Notes under the pieces: model-generated
Seen by the model: only the letters and a program-made list of their open reading frames with translations
Told to the model about the DNA's origin: nothing
The model's database searches: none
Position numbers and translations under genes: made by a program
Shown here: in pieces, positions 19,779-30,431 of the stretch
Layout: each line of letters starts with the position of its first letter
Position numbering within the stretch: the first letter of the stretch is position 1
Origin: an uncultured Poribacteria bacterium
GTDB taxonomy: Bacteria > Poribacteria > WGA-4E > WGA-3G
NCBI GenBank assembly: GCA_951813565.1
Contig: OX638351.1
Location: 1,984,001-2,048,000, forward strand
Reading direction: 5' to 3'
Length of the DNA: 64,000 nucleotides

Positions 19779-21504
19779 GGGTGCGTAAAGTTTTGGTTAT
19801 AAGTGTCATGCTGCCTGTTTGAGTTCATTCCAATATTTGTCCCAGTCCCCATTTTTCACTAAACACCGTAAGGCAAGCACCGGGTTGATACCTTTCTCTT
19901 TCCACCTCATAGCAGCTTGTGGACACCTTTGTCCGACAACCTGTGGACAGGCACTCTCAATCACACCACTCCCGATTTGATACCCTTTTTCCCGAAACTT
20001 TTTATACCGCGGACGATCAGCGTGTTTTTCAAAATGCCGTGCTTCTCTTTCGAAAATATCCGATACTTCCGGGTGCTGTGTGTCTAAGCCACGAATGCGT
20101 GTGGCTACTTCTGTAATGTTGCCATCATAAAGGATAGGTTCTGTAGTTTTTACCCCATAGGCGTCAATTTAGTGAGTAAGGTTAATGCGTCTGATACACC
20201 TTTCGCCCCTCTGGGGCTTGATATTGGTGGGATCAATGCTTACTATACACCTTTCGCCTCTCTGAGGCTTTAGTAAATCACATATTAGCACCAGCGGTGC
20301 GGAAGGTGTATAGAATATATATCACCCCAAACCGAAGCACCAGCGGTGCGAAAGGTGTGTGGGCTAAAATCGGGCTTATAAAGCCCTCCCACAAGAAAAA
20401 CCAACATATATTTTCTTAAATTGACACCTATGGGTTCTGTAGTTTTTACCCAGTCTTGTATCGCCTCTGTTTCAGTCTCTCCGAAGGCAACTTTAGCAAC
20501 ATCGGACAGATGAGATTTCGCGTGCTTGTAATCCACAATCTCAACAGCATTGGGAAAGTATTCATCTGCTAAGTTCCAAATCCACGCAGCACCATCACCA
20601 AGAAACACAATCTCTTGCGTATCAATAGCTTCTTGGTAGATGCCACTATTGGTTGCTAACGCATATAACTCCTTACCAAAATGTGCTGCATCATTACGCG
20701 TTGCGACATAACGGATACTTGTCTCTCTCGCACTTGACACCGCATCAGAACCACATTGTGGATAATCTCTGTAAACACAACCGACTTTTGTCTCTTGCCA
20801 TCCATCAGTAGAGTTGGTGTAGCATCCATCACAACTTACATACCAACGCTGATTAGCCGCAAGTATTTGCGGTTCAACTTGTGCTGACACGCTCAAGTCT
20901 GATGACCACTCAAGCACTTTTTCGCGCACTATCGTATGGCTCACTTCTATCCCTTGAAAAGCCAACGCTTTCGCAGCAGCTCTATAGTCAAAATGCGCCG
21001 CAACATAACACATCCGCTCTACAACACGACGCGTCCATTTACCTCGCAACTTTTGACACGCATCCCAAGGTCTATGATAATGACCCGACGCACAACAATA
21101 CACCCAACGCTGCACACGGATCTTGCCACAAAGTGTCGTGATGTTTACACCGCGTTTCTGTATCGGACGACACGCTTGTTCACATTGTGGACATTCAACA
21201 GGTGCTGCTGATTGCTGAGATGCTGCTTCTGATACAACACTTCCAGCAACTTTTGACCACTTCTAAGCATCAGGTCTCACATACAAGTCTCAGCTGCTTC
21301 TAATGATATGCAACGGGATGACGAAAGTTCGCTTGCCACCTGAGCAATCTCTTCTAAAATCTCTTTGACTTCTGGGTTCTCTAATGATATATTAAACATT
21401 GGTATCCTCTTCCTTTTTTGAATTTATTAGGATAGGATACCCATTTTTATTGTAACTCGCAACAACTCTGGACATCAGAGTTGCTACAAAAACTTTACAC
21501 ACCC
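19779..21504 (-). mobile_element. ISKra4-like insertion sequence with degraded transposase (about 19806..21399), interrupted by a MITE
   Basis: TIRs GGGTGCGTAAAGTTTTG / AAAACTTTACACACCC; DDE motifs SCDG, FLGDGAAWIW, VDYKHAKSHL, SGVIESAC; frameshifts. Confidence 0.85.
20156..20432. mobile_element. MITE with CATAGGCGTCAATTTA TIRs and 19-bp target duplication
   Basis: GGTTCTGTAGTTTTTACCC duplicated at 20137-20155 and 20433-20451. Confidence 0.88.
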
Positions 21505-22207
21505 ATTGTTGGGGGTGTGTAAAGTTTTTGTAGAAATCCGCCCTACAGTGGAAAACGCCGCGTAATCATTAGACATTATAACGTTTTAATTGTGAGTTAT
21601 TGGTCTGCGGAAAAATCTTATGTTTGTCCGTTGGGCAGATGAGGCATCGCGCGCAACTTTCTGAATCTCGGATTTATCGGATGACGCAGATGGCACGGAT
21701 TATTGGATACTGGTAACAACAAGTCGTTTTCATAATGTCCGGTCAATAACAGAAGGCGTGCATGCGTCCGTTGAATGTGCGGATACAAAGTTCTTAAAAT
21801 CCGCGTCATCCGATAAATCTGCGATAATCCGCGATTCTGACAACACAACGCAGATTAAATCATTATAATGTCTAATGCCGATATCACAAATCGGATAATT
21901 TTCAGAAACCTATCAATAACCTCACAGTATGTTTAGCGTTGCTGATTTGTAGTATATAATGCAACATTTTTAGAATACCGATTTTTTGCAATTATCAGCA
22001 TATAGAAATAATGCGCAATTATTGTGCCAATTGTGTTTTCATATATGAGGCGTTGGTTGAATTAGACATCAAAGTCGAAGGCTGTGAAACAAACAACAAT
22101 TCCATACTATTTTCTGTCAATTTTAATTTGGTTTTCGTCCTGATATGTGGTATCATTTAAAGAAGAAATTCTTTACTTTTCATGAGTTACTAATAGGAGG
22201 TTTTTTA

Positions 22208-22672
22208 ATGGCAGAAATAGGAAAAACTGCTCCAGATTTCAGTTTATCAGGATCCACAGATCAGGAAGATACAGATGTTACGTTGGCTGATTTTGAGGGG
22301 AAAAAACTCGTAGTCCTATTTTATCCACTTGATTTTTCACCTGTGTGTTCGGAACAAGTTCCAGATTTTAATGAGAACTTAGACGCTATTCGTGCAAAAG
22401 GTGCGGACGTAATTGCTATCAATCGCGACTCAACTTTTGCACACAAAGCATGGAGTGAGTCACTGGGTGGTATCGGTTTTCCGCTTCTCTCAGACATGAA
22501 TCTTGAAATTTCAAAACAGTATGGAATGGCACTTGAAGAAGTCGGTATAACCACACGGGGTGTTTTTATTATTGACGAAGCAGGTAAAATAGTCTTCAAA
22601 CACATTGAAGATGCACCGCCAGACAATACGTTAACCGCAGAACAGGTACTGAACGAACTTGACAAACTGTAA
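22208..22672 (+). CDS. Peroxiredoxin, AhpC/TSA family (AhpE-like, single Cys)
   Basis: APDFSL, FYPLDFSPVC, FPLLSD, RGVFIID; RBS GGAGG before ATG 22208. Confidence 0.9.
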   Translation: MAEIGKTAPDFSLSGSTDQEDTDVTLADFEGKKLVVLFYPLDFSPVCSEQVPDFNENLDAIRAKGADVIAINRDSTFAHKAWSESLGGIGFPLLSDMNLEISKQYGMALEEVGITTRGVFIIDEAGKIVFKHIEDAPPDNTLTAEQVLNELDKL

Positions 22673-22700
22673 GCGGCATTTTTGGGTATTTAATAATTAT

Positions 22701-22732
22701 AAAGAGGCGGGTAAACAGATTACCCGTCTTTC
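22701..22732 (+). terminator. Probable intrinsic terminator
   Basis: GGCGGGTAA-ACAGA-TTACCCGTC hairpin followed by TTT, after the peroxiredoxin gene. Confidence 0.55.
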
Positions 22733-22865
22733 GTTATCTTAAGTTTTTTGCGGTGTCCCTAAACAAGTATTTTGGACAATAGACATTCTGATGGCACCGA
22801 ACACATAATGTTAAAAATGCTGGAAGCAGACGAATACCGTTATCTATTTGTTTTACATCTTTACC

Positions 22866-22894
22866 TTGACAATCCCTATTAGATATGGTATAAT
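22866..22894 (+). promoter_or_regulatory. Consensus sigma70 promoter for tRNA-Gly
   Basis: TTGACA-17 bp-TATAAT with extended -10 TG, 12 bp upstream of the tRNA. Confidence 0.85.
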
Positions 22895-22906
22895 TGTCAA
22901 AAGGGC

Positions 22907-22978
22907 GCGGGTGTAGCTCAGCGGTAGAGCGTCAGCTTCCCAAGCTGAGGGTCGCGGGTTCAATTCCCGTCACCCGCT
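22907..22978 (+). tRNA. tRNA-Gly (CCC)
   Basis: Cloverleaf: GCGGGTG/CACCCGC acceptor, anticodon loop TTCCCAA, TTCAATT T-loop; CCA not encoded. Confidence 0.96.
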
Positions 22979-23005
22979 TGAATGTGAAGAAATACCGAGG
23001 AAATC

Positions 23006-24139
23006 ATGGCGCGAAATACTCGACTGACCAAAGAAGAAATCCAAGAAGATAAATTTATTGAATTCATTCTGCAGTGTTATGGTTTTCTGAAAAATAATGT
23101 CAGAACCATTAGCATCGCCGTAGCGATTGCCATCGTCGGCGTTGTGAGTTTTTTAGTCTACATGCAAAATCAAGAAAAAAAACAAGCCGAAGCTGCAGCG
23201 AACTTCACTAATGCTACTGAAACTTATAAAGAAGCTGAAACGAATTTTTTAGATGTGTCAGCACCGAGCGAAAGTGAAGATGAAGCAACCACTGAAAAAG
23301 CAACTTTTCAAGATGCTGAAGAGAAACTGCAGCAAATTTTTGAGAAATATTCGAACACTGCATTGGCTGACAAAGCAAGATTTAATTACGCTAAAAGCCT
23401 CTATTACCAAGGTAAATATCAGGAAGCACGGCAGCAATTTGAAAAGATCGTTGATACACAAACACCTGAAAATCAGATTTACGCATTGTATGCACAAAAG
23501 GCAGTAGGCAACTGTTACGAACAAGAGGGAGATTACACAAATGCAATTGCAGCTTATGAAGCGAGAGCATTTCCGACTACTTCGCAGCTTGCACCCGAAA
23601 TTCGCCAGTTTGTTATTACCAGTACCAAATACAATCAAGCGCTTTGTCATGAAAAATTGAATGCAGAGGACGATGCCAAGGCATCTTACAAGGAGATTAT
23701 TGACGACTTCCAGAATACGCTTAACAATGCCATAGAGCAGAGAAGTATTGATCTAATTGAGGATGCCAAAGAAGTGATCGCAGTAATTGTGGAGCCTTTA
23801 GAACTCACAAAAGCGGAACAGATGGAATCGGAAGAACTTTTCTTTGAATCACTTGTCACATATACTGATGCGATTCGTGCGTATAAGGTTGAAAAAGATG
23901 TCGGAGGCGGGTTGTTACAGAATGTGCGAGAACGTATCCGACGTTTTGAAGACGTGGCAACTACGGTTATCGGAAACGTGCAATCAGCACGTAAGTATGA
24001 AAAATCTGGATCCCAAAGTGCGGCACTTAATGCGTACAACCAAGTTGTGGAATTCAATACGTACGGATTAAATCGTGAACTTTATGAGCGCGCTCTTCTC
24101 AACTATGACCGCCTTACAATTGCTGGAAAAGGGGAGTGA
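23006..24139 (+). CDS. Membrane-anchored tetratricopeptide repeat protein (YfgM-like N-terminus)
   Basis: TM helix followed by TPR-like helices (YAKSLYYQGKYQEARQQFE, VGNCYEQEGDYTNAIAAYE). Confidence 0.75.
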   Translation: MARNTRLTKEEIQEDKFIEFILQCYGFLKNNVRTISIAVAIAIVGVVSFLVYMQNQEKKQAEAAANFTNATETYKEAETNFLDVSAPSESEDEATTEKATFQDAEEKLQQIFEKYSNTALADKARFNYAKSLYYQGKYQEARQQFEKIVDTQTPENQIYALYAQKAVGNCYEQEGDYTNAIAAYEARAFPTTSQLAPEIRQFVITSTKYNQALCHEKLNAEDDAKASYKEIIDDFQNTLNNAIEQRSIDLIEDAKEVIAVIVEPLELTKAEQMESEELFFESLVTYTDAIRAYKVEKDVGGGLLQNVRERIRRFEDVATTVIGNVQSARKYEKSGSQSAALNAYNQVVEFNTYGLNRELYERALLNYDRLTIAGKGE

Positions 24140-25157
24140 AATGAAAAATAGAAACCATATCTTGTATGTTTGGAACCTTGAAGTTGGAAAACGTATATGT
24201 TTTGGATTGATTTTAGTTCTGTTGTGCCTACCCGTCACTGTAGATGCAGCACCCACGGGGCGTATCGCCTATGCTGTCTCCGGCTTTAACGACAGACTCG
24301 GTAGATTAGATTTTAATCTTCACATGACGACCTTCACCGAAGATGGCGACTTCAAGACAACTCCATTAAATCAAAGTGGTATGTATCCTGCCTGGGGACC
24401 AGCAGGCGACACGCTTTACTTCATCCAACGCGCCGATACACAATCACATATCTTTTCTATTAATATTAACAACCCAAAAAATAAAACACAACTTACAGAG
24501 ATTAGCGGCACCTATCGGTTCTTAGCTGTCTCACCAAATGGAAAGAAACTTGCTTTTAACGGATGGACGCGGGAACAGCAACAACAAGAAAATCAGGTTT
24601 GGGTACTTGATATTGATACAGGTGAAATGGAGACAGTGACTTCAATACCACACTTTGGAAGAACCTTCTTTTTTTGGGGAATATCTTGGGCACCGAACAG
24701 TAAAAAACTTGCGTTCTCACTCGAAAGACCAGGTGGATTAGAACAACTCTACCTCTTAGATCTTGAAACAGAGGAGATAGACATATTAACCGAATTCAAT
24801 ATTGATTTCTATCCTGTCTGGTCTCCTGATGGTCAGAAAATTTTGTTCCGTAGATGGAACAGAGAATTTGACACAATGTCCACAATTGATGTTGAAACGA
24901 GAGCTATAACACCTTTATTTGATGTGGATAAGCAGACCGGGATGTGGACAGATTGGTCATTTGATGGTCAATCAATTATCTACTCTCGCTGGGGTGCATT
25001 CTACCTGCACGATCTTCTAACTGGCAAAACAGAACAATTGTTTGAAGTAGATGGGAGCATTTTTGTAATTTCGTGGTGGAGGCATGAAGTGCTTTCTGTG
25101 ACACCTAAACAAAAATTTGCCACTACTTGGGGGGATGTCAAACGCAATTTGAGATAA
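24140..25157 (+). CDS. TolB-like PD40 beta-propeller with C-terminal WGxxK tail
   Basis: Signal peptide; PAWGP, VSPNGKKLAF, WSPDGQKILF; ends VLSVTPKQKFATTWGDVKRNLR. Confidence 0.8.
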
Positions 25158-25337
25158 CAACTTTATGAGGCACTTCGGGTGCCGCAGAATCTTTATATTC
25201 TCCTTTCTATTATTAATCCATCTCATCATTTGACAGACCCTGATATTGTAGCGAAAGGTTGCTGCTTCGCAGCTTTTCCTTCATGAGATAACTATTAATT
25301 TAGACACGGCATTATAAGAGAAAAGAAGGTTAGACCA

Positions 25338-27776
25338 ATGCTGCCTAACGTAGAAAAAGCCTTAGAATACGATAAACTCAAAACCCTTTTAAAAAGGTAT
25401 ACAGTTTCTGAGTTAGGAAATGCGCGGGTAGATAAACTTGCTCCATCAGATTCACTTGATACAGTCCGCCACCAATTAAAGTTATGCTCCGAAGTGAAAA
25501 CCTTTCAGCAACGGTTAGGCGAAATCCCACTTGCTGGATTAACGGATATAAGTCAGCAGCTTCAACAAGCCTCCAAAACAGGTGCTATCTTAGAACCGGA
25601 TGAGTTTCTAAATATTGCCAAGGTAGCACAGCTCCCATCCACTATCAAAAAGAAATTCAAAAATCCAGATTGTGATGAGTTCTCTCGTTTGCTCTCTATT
25701 GTAGACGCGCTGCCTGTTTTTGACGAAATCGTTGAATCTATTTGGTCACGCATCAGTTCTGAAGGAACTGTGTTAGACCGGGCAAGTTCAGAGTTACGTT
25801 CTATTCGCCGCAAACTTATCAAAATCCGTGAAAACATCCACATAAAATTAGAAGCGATCTTGCGTTCCTCGGACCATCAAAAATCTATTCAAGAATCGGT
25901 TATTACTTTTCGAAACAACCGTTATGTGATCCCTATCAAACAGGATGCAAAGTCTTTCTTTAGCGGCGTTGTTCAAGGTCAATCTACCAGCGGTGCGACC
26001 TATTTTATGGAACCGTTGTCAATAGTTGAAATGAACAATGCGCTTCATGAAACCGTTGAAGCCGAACATCGTGAAATCCGCAAGATTCTTTTGGAGCTAA
26101 CAGACCAGATACGTGAACGAATTGTTGATTTTGAGTGTGCCCTTGAACTGCTTGCCGAACTTGACTTTTTAAATGCAAAAGCTCGATTCAGCCATGAATT
26201 AAATGCCGTTGAACCCAAATTGAATACAAACGGTATTGTCAATTTATCGGAAGCGCGACATCCTTTGTTAGAATTCCAAACGCGCGCGAATACGCAATCC
26301 CAAAAACAGAAAACGCCAGAACCTGACAAACCTAAACATAAACTACCTACACGCGTTGTACCTACAGATGTCCGTGTTGGAAAAGACTTCAAAACGCTTG
26401 TTATTACAGGTCCAAATACCGGTGGAAAGACTGTTGTACTCAAAACGGTCGGATTACTGTGTTTGATGGCACAATCTGGATTGCATATTCCAGCAGCCCA
26501 AGGCAGTAAACTTCCCATTTTTCACCACATTTTTGCCGACATCGGTGATGATCAGAACATAGAGCAGAGTCTTAGCACGTTTTCCTCACATATTACAAAA
26601 ATTGCTGAAATGCTAAAGGCAATTGAAGGTTCTGGATTTGCACACTCTCTTGTCCTATTAGACGAAATCGGCGCAGGGACTGACCCAACCGAAGGAACCG
26701 CTCTCGGCATGGCAATTTTGGCATGGTTGAGCGAAAAAAATGTCAGGACGATTGTCACTACCCATTACGGTGCGCTTAAGGCTTATACCCATACACAAAA
26801 TAACATGGAAAACGCTTCAATGGAATTTGATTGGAACACGTTGCAACCGACTTATCGGTTGAAAATAGGCGTCCCCGGAAGTAGCAATGCAATTAAAATT
26901 GCCGAACAGTTAGGACTCCCTCCCCGTATTCTCACTGATGCAGAAAATAACTTAGGTAATAATAACGTCGCTGTGGAAGACCTACTCATCCAATTACAAC
27001 AGACCCAACAAGAATTGGATACCGAACGTAAACAACTCCATGAAAAGATTCACCTCGCTGAAACAGAATATCAAAAACACAAAGAGCTTATTGATACATT
27101 TGAGGCTGACCAGCAAACCCGTTTACAAAACGCTGAAAAAGAAGCACTTGAAATCATTACCACAGCACGCCGAACGGTAGACAACGTAGTATCAGATATC
27201 CGTCATGAACAAGCCTCCAAAGCCAGCATCCGTGAAGCATTCTCAAAAATCGAGACTGCCAAAAAACAACTCAAACCAGACCCACCCATAAAACAACAAA
27301 AGAAAAAGAAATTCAATGTCAATGTTGGCGACAAAGTCCGAATTATTCAGCTAAACCGATTCGGAGAGATAACCGAAATTAGTAAAAAGAGCAGTACACC
27401 TTTACAGGTCCGAGTTGGCAGTATGCAGATGCAGCTGTCCTACAATGACATTGACTCGGTGGTACCGAAAAAAGAGGCTCAACATCTCTCAGCATCTGTG
27501 TTAGACATTCAGCATAACAAAGCAAATTCAGTTAAAGATGAACTCTGTATTCACGGCATGCTTGTTAAAGAAGGGTTAGACATTACAGACAAATATCTGG
27601 ACGATGCCTACCTTGCAGGATTATTAAGTGTGAGGATTCTGCATGGAAAAGGGACAGGTGCGCTCCGTAGCGCAGTTCACAAGGTATTGGATGCAAACCC
27701 GCATGTCGTCAATTATCAATACGCTCATCCAACTGAAGGTGGAGAAGGCGTTACAGTCGTTAAATTCAAAGAATAA
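25338..27776 (+). CDS. mutS2: Endonuclease MutS2
   Basis: ITGPNTGGKT Walker A, QSLSTFSSH, LLDEIGAGTDP, C-terminal Smr domain (LHGKGTGALR). Confidence 0.96.
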   Translation: MLPNVEKALEYDKLKTLLKRYTVSELGNARVDKLAPSDSLDTVRHQLKLCSEVKTFQQRLGEIPLAGLTDISQQLQQASKTGAILEPDEFLNIAKVAQLPSTIKKKFKNPDCDEFSRLLSIVDALPVFDEIVESIWSRISSEGTVLDRASSELRSIRRKLIKIRENIHIKLEAILRSSDHQKSIQESVITFRNNRYVIPIKQDAKSFFSGVVQGQSTSGATYFMEPLSIVEMNNALHETVEAEHREIRKILLELTDQIRERIVDFECALELLAELDFLNAKARFSHELNAVEPKLNTNGIVNLSEARHPLLEFQTRANTQSQKQKTPEPDKPKHKLPTRVVPTDVRVGKDFKTLVITGPNTGGKTVVLKTVGLLCLMAQSGLHIPAAQGSKLPIFHHIFADIGDDQNIEQSLSTFSSHITKIAEMLKAIEGSGFAHSLVLLDEIGAGTDPTEGTALGMAILAWLSEKNVRTIVTTHYGALKAYTHTQNNMENASMEFDWNTLQPTYRLKIGVPGSSNAIKIAEQLGLPPRILTDAENNLGNNNVAVEDLLIQLQQTQQELDTERKQLHEKIHLAETEYQKHKELIDTFEADQQTRLQNAEKEALEIITTARRTVDNVVSDIRHEQASKASIREAFSKIETAKKQLKPDPPIKQQKKKKFNVNVGDKVRIIQLNRFGEITEISKKSSTPLQVRVGSMQMQLSYNDIDSVVPKKEAQHLSASVLDIQHNKANSVKDELCIHGMLVKEGLDITDKYLDDAYLAGLLSVRILHGKGTGALRSAVHKVLDANPHVVNYQYAHPTEGGEGVTVVKFKE

Positions 27777-27881
27777 TGGCATATAACAAGAAAACCATTT
27801 ATTCACTGCTTTATAGGTCATTGTAATTCCATAGTCTTCTTACGGCAATAGAGGACAATTGATTTAGCGTAGAGGCATCTC

Positions 27882-29750
27882 ATGGCAACAAATAACTATA
27901 TTCCGCGTGAAACAATTGACGAAATTCAGAGCCTGAACAGTATTGTAGACGTTATATCTGAATGCGGTGTCTCACTCAGACAAGCTGGGCTGAACTATCA
28001 AGCGCTCTGTCCGTTTCACGAAGAAAAAACGCCCTCTTTTTCCGTGTCACCAGAAAAACAGATATTCTACTGTTTTGGATGTCAAACGGGTGGTAATGTC
28101 ATCTCTTTCCTGCAAAAACATGAAGGAAAAACCTTTATGGAAGCGGTTGAATGGCTTGCCGAACGGGCAAATATATTGCTGCCAACACGAGATGCGAAAT
28201 CCACTGCAAGACAAAAACTCATCAATGACTTAAGTGAACTTAACAGGTTTGCAGTAAAATACTACCATGAACTCCTTCGCACTGGACAGCATAGTCAGCA
28301 AGCGCGTGAATATCTCAAAAATCGTGGACTACTTTCACAAACCACACACTTGTTCCAACTCGGTTATGCAAAATCTCAACGGCGTGATTTGGTAAAAGCA
28401 GCAACACACGAGGGTTGGAAAGTTCAGCAGTTGGTCGACGCTGGGTTGATTAAGAACGAAGATAAAGGTCCTCAAGACCGTTTTTGGAATAGAATTCTCT
28501 TTCCGATTTACAATGCACAAGGTGTGCCGGTTGGTTTTGGGGGTCGTTCCCTATCTGATGAACATCAACCGAAATACCTAAATTCACCCACAACGGTTCT
28601 ATACGACAAAAGCAGAGTTCTTTTCAATCTTGACAAAGCGAGACAATCTATATCCAAGAAGCAGTCTGCCATTCTCGTGGAAGGATATATGGATGTTCTG
28701 ATGCTCTATCAACACGGAATTGAAAACGTAATAGCCGCATCGGGAACATCTCTAAGTGAAGAACATGCGGCACTGTTAAAACGTTATACGCCTGAAGTTG
28801 TCATTGTTTTTGATGGTGATGCGTCAGGGTTGCAAGCTGCGCAACGTGGATTGCATAGGCTCATCGCTGAAGAAATACGTGTGCGTATTGCTCTCATGCC
28901 GAAAGGTGATGACCCAGACTCGTATGTAAAACAGAACGGTGCGGATGCTTTCAACGAACTAATTGATAAAGCGATAAACCTTATTGAATTTCAAATTCAA
29001 TCCGCAATTCAACAAACAAACATCAGACGTCCTGATGTCAAAACGCAAGTTGTCAAAGACGTTAGCGCGATACTTGTGAACATCAAAAATCGAGTCGAAC
29101 GGACAGAATATGTAAAATACGCTGTAAAGGAACTTGATGTAGATGAAGACTTACTTTGGCGGGAATTGCGAGATTTAGGCTTGAAAGATACATCCTTTCA
29201 AAATAAAATCACGAAGCAAAAAACAGCATCAAAAAAGTTGTCGTCCCGCGAACAAATTGAATTTCAACTTATCCAAACTTTAATCCAAGCACCCGAACTA
29301 ATCTCCGAAGTTAAATCACTATTGTATTACGAGGAATTAACAAATCCTCACTTTGCCAAAATCGTTCAAATGCTTTGGGATGGTAGTGAGAACGAAGAAA
29401 ACGTTGATATTCAGAACATCCTTAATACTTGTGAGGACGAAACCGGGAAAAGCATTATCTCAAACGCCCTTATCAACAAAACGAACATTCCCAATCACCA
29501 TGCAAGGATAAAGGGATGTCTCAAGAAACTAAAAAGCTTTAATTTGCAAGACGTTGAGCAGCGTATACGATCAAGCGCGCTTGCTGATGGAAACGATGAC
29601 CTTGAAACGCTCAAGGAACTCGTTGATCTCTCAAATGAAAGGCGAGCTTTTGTTCAAAAAAATATTTTAGAATCGGCAGAAATTTCACAACAGTCTGACG
29701 AAGAAACGGATAACCCTCAAATTAATGGTAATATTGAGAAGGAGAACTAA
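27882..29750 (+). CDS. dnaG: DNA primase
   Basis: CPFHEEKTPSF zinc finger, KYLNSP, VEGYMDV, FDGDASG, DPD TOPRIM motifs. Confidence 0.97.
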   Translation: MATNNYIPRETIDEIQSLNSIVDVISECGVSLRQAGLNYQALCPFHEEKTPSFSVSPEKQIFYCFGCQTGGNVISFLQKHEGKTFMEAVEWLAERANILLPTRDAKSTARQKLINDLSELNRFAVKYYHELLRTGQHSQQAREYLKNRGLLSQTTHLFQLGYAKSQRRDLVKAATHEGWKVQQLVDAGLIKNEDKGPQDRFWNRILFPIYNAQGVPVGFGGRSLSDEHQPKYLNSPTTVLYDKSRVLFNLDKARQSISKKQSAILVEGYMDVLMLYQHGIENVIAASGTSLSEEHAALLKRYTPEVVIVFDGDASGLQAAQRGLHRLIAEEIRVRIALMPKGDDPDSYVKQNGADAFNELIDKAINLIEFQIQSAIQQTNIRRPDVKTQVVKDVSAILVNIKNRVERTEYVKYAVKELDVDEDLLWRELRDLGLKDTSFQNKITKQKTASKKLSSREQIEFQLIQTLIQAPELISEVKSLLYYEELTNPHFAKIVQMLWDGSENEENVDIQNILNTCEDETGKSIISNALINKTNIPNHHARIKGCLKKLKSFNLQDVEQRIRSSALADGNDDLETLKELVDLSNERRAFVQKNILESAEISQQSDEETDNPQINGNIEKEN

Positions 29751-30308
29751 ATGGCGACTTTAGAAAATGCACATCCGCTTGATTTTCAGTTTAAAGAAGT
29801 TGAACGTAATATCAATGAACGCGAACAGGAAATTTCGCGCCTCGTGAAGCAACACAATATCCCCGCAGAATGGTTTGATAGAGAATTCAACGCTGAAACC
29901 TATAATTTCGAAACAGACGCTGATAAGGAAGCGTATCTCAAGATTGCTCGTTATCAGCACGAAATTAAACAATACATTAATACTTTCTGCATTTCTCGCG
30001 AGAAGCTACAAGATATTACGAAACAGATTGATTCCGGCATAATTAATAATGCCCAAGATGCTAAAATGGCGATTGTAAAAGCAAATCTGAGGCTGGTCGT
30101 TAGCCTCGTTAAGAGATATGGGCAAGAAACTCAAGGTCGTGAATTTTTCGATCTGATTCAGGAAGCCAACATCGGTTTAATGAAAGCTATTGATAACTAT
30201 GATTATCAAGGCGGCTATAAGTTTAGTACTTACGCCACTTGGTGGGTACGTCAAAGTATTTCCCGTGCTATTGCTTCAGCAAAAGGAAACGATGATATTA
30301 ACACTTAA
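29751..30308 (+). CDS. Truncated RpoD paralog retaining the end of the NCR and sigma region 2 only
   Basis: About 110/161 aa identical to the downstream RpoD by manual alignment; [22 protein letters not shown] present; regions 1.2, 3 and 4 absent; intact ORF with RBS. Confidence 0.8.
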   Translation: MATLENAHPLDFQFKEVERNINEREQEISRLVKQHNIPAEWFDREFNAETYNFETDADKEAYLKIARYQHEIKQYINTFCISREKLQDITKQIDSGIINNAQDAKMAIVKANLRLVVSLVKRYGQETQGREFFDLIQEANIGLMKAIDNYDYQGGYKFSTYATWWVRQSISRAIASAKGNDDINT

Positions 30309-30431
30309 TGAACTCAAAAAACTGTCAAATTTAGGCACAACTTTGTTTAGTAAATTTTCGCACAAACACTAAAATCTAACGAACAACAGAATAGCTCGAA
30401 AACAAACGAAAATAAAAAGGAGAACTAACTG

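Noticed and set aside
20285..21115. Intact 276-aa transposase
   Set aside because: Internal fragment of a frameshifted gene; its C-terminus reads into the inserted MITE.
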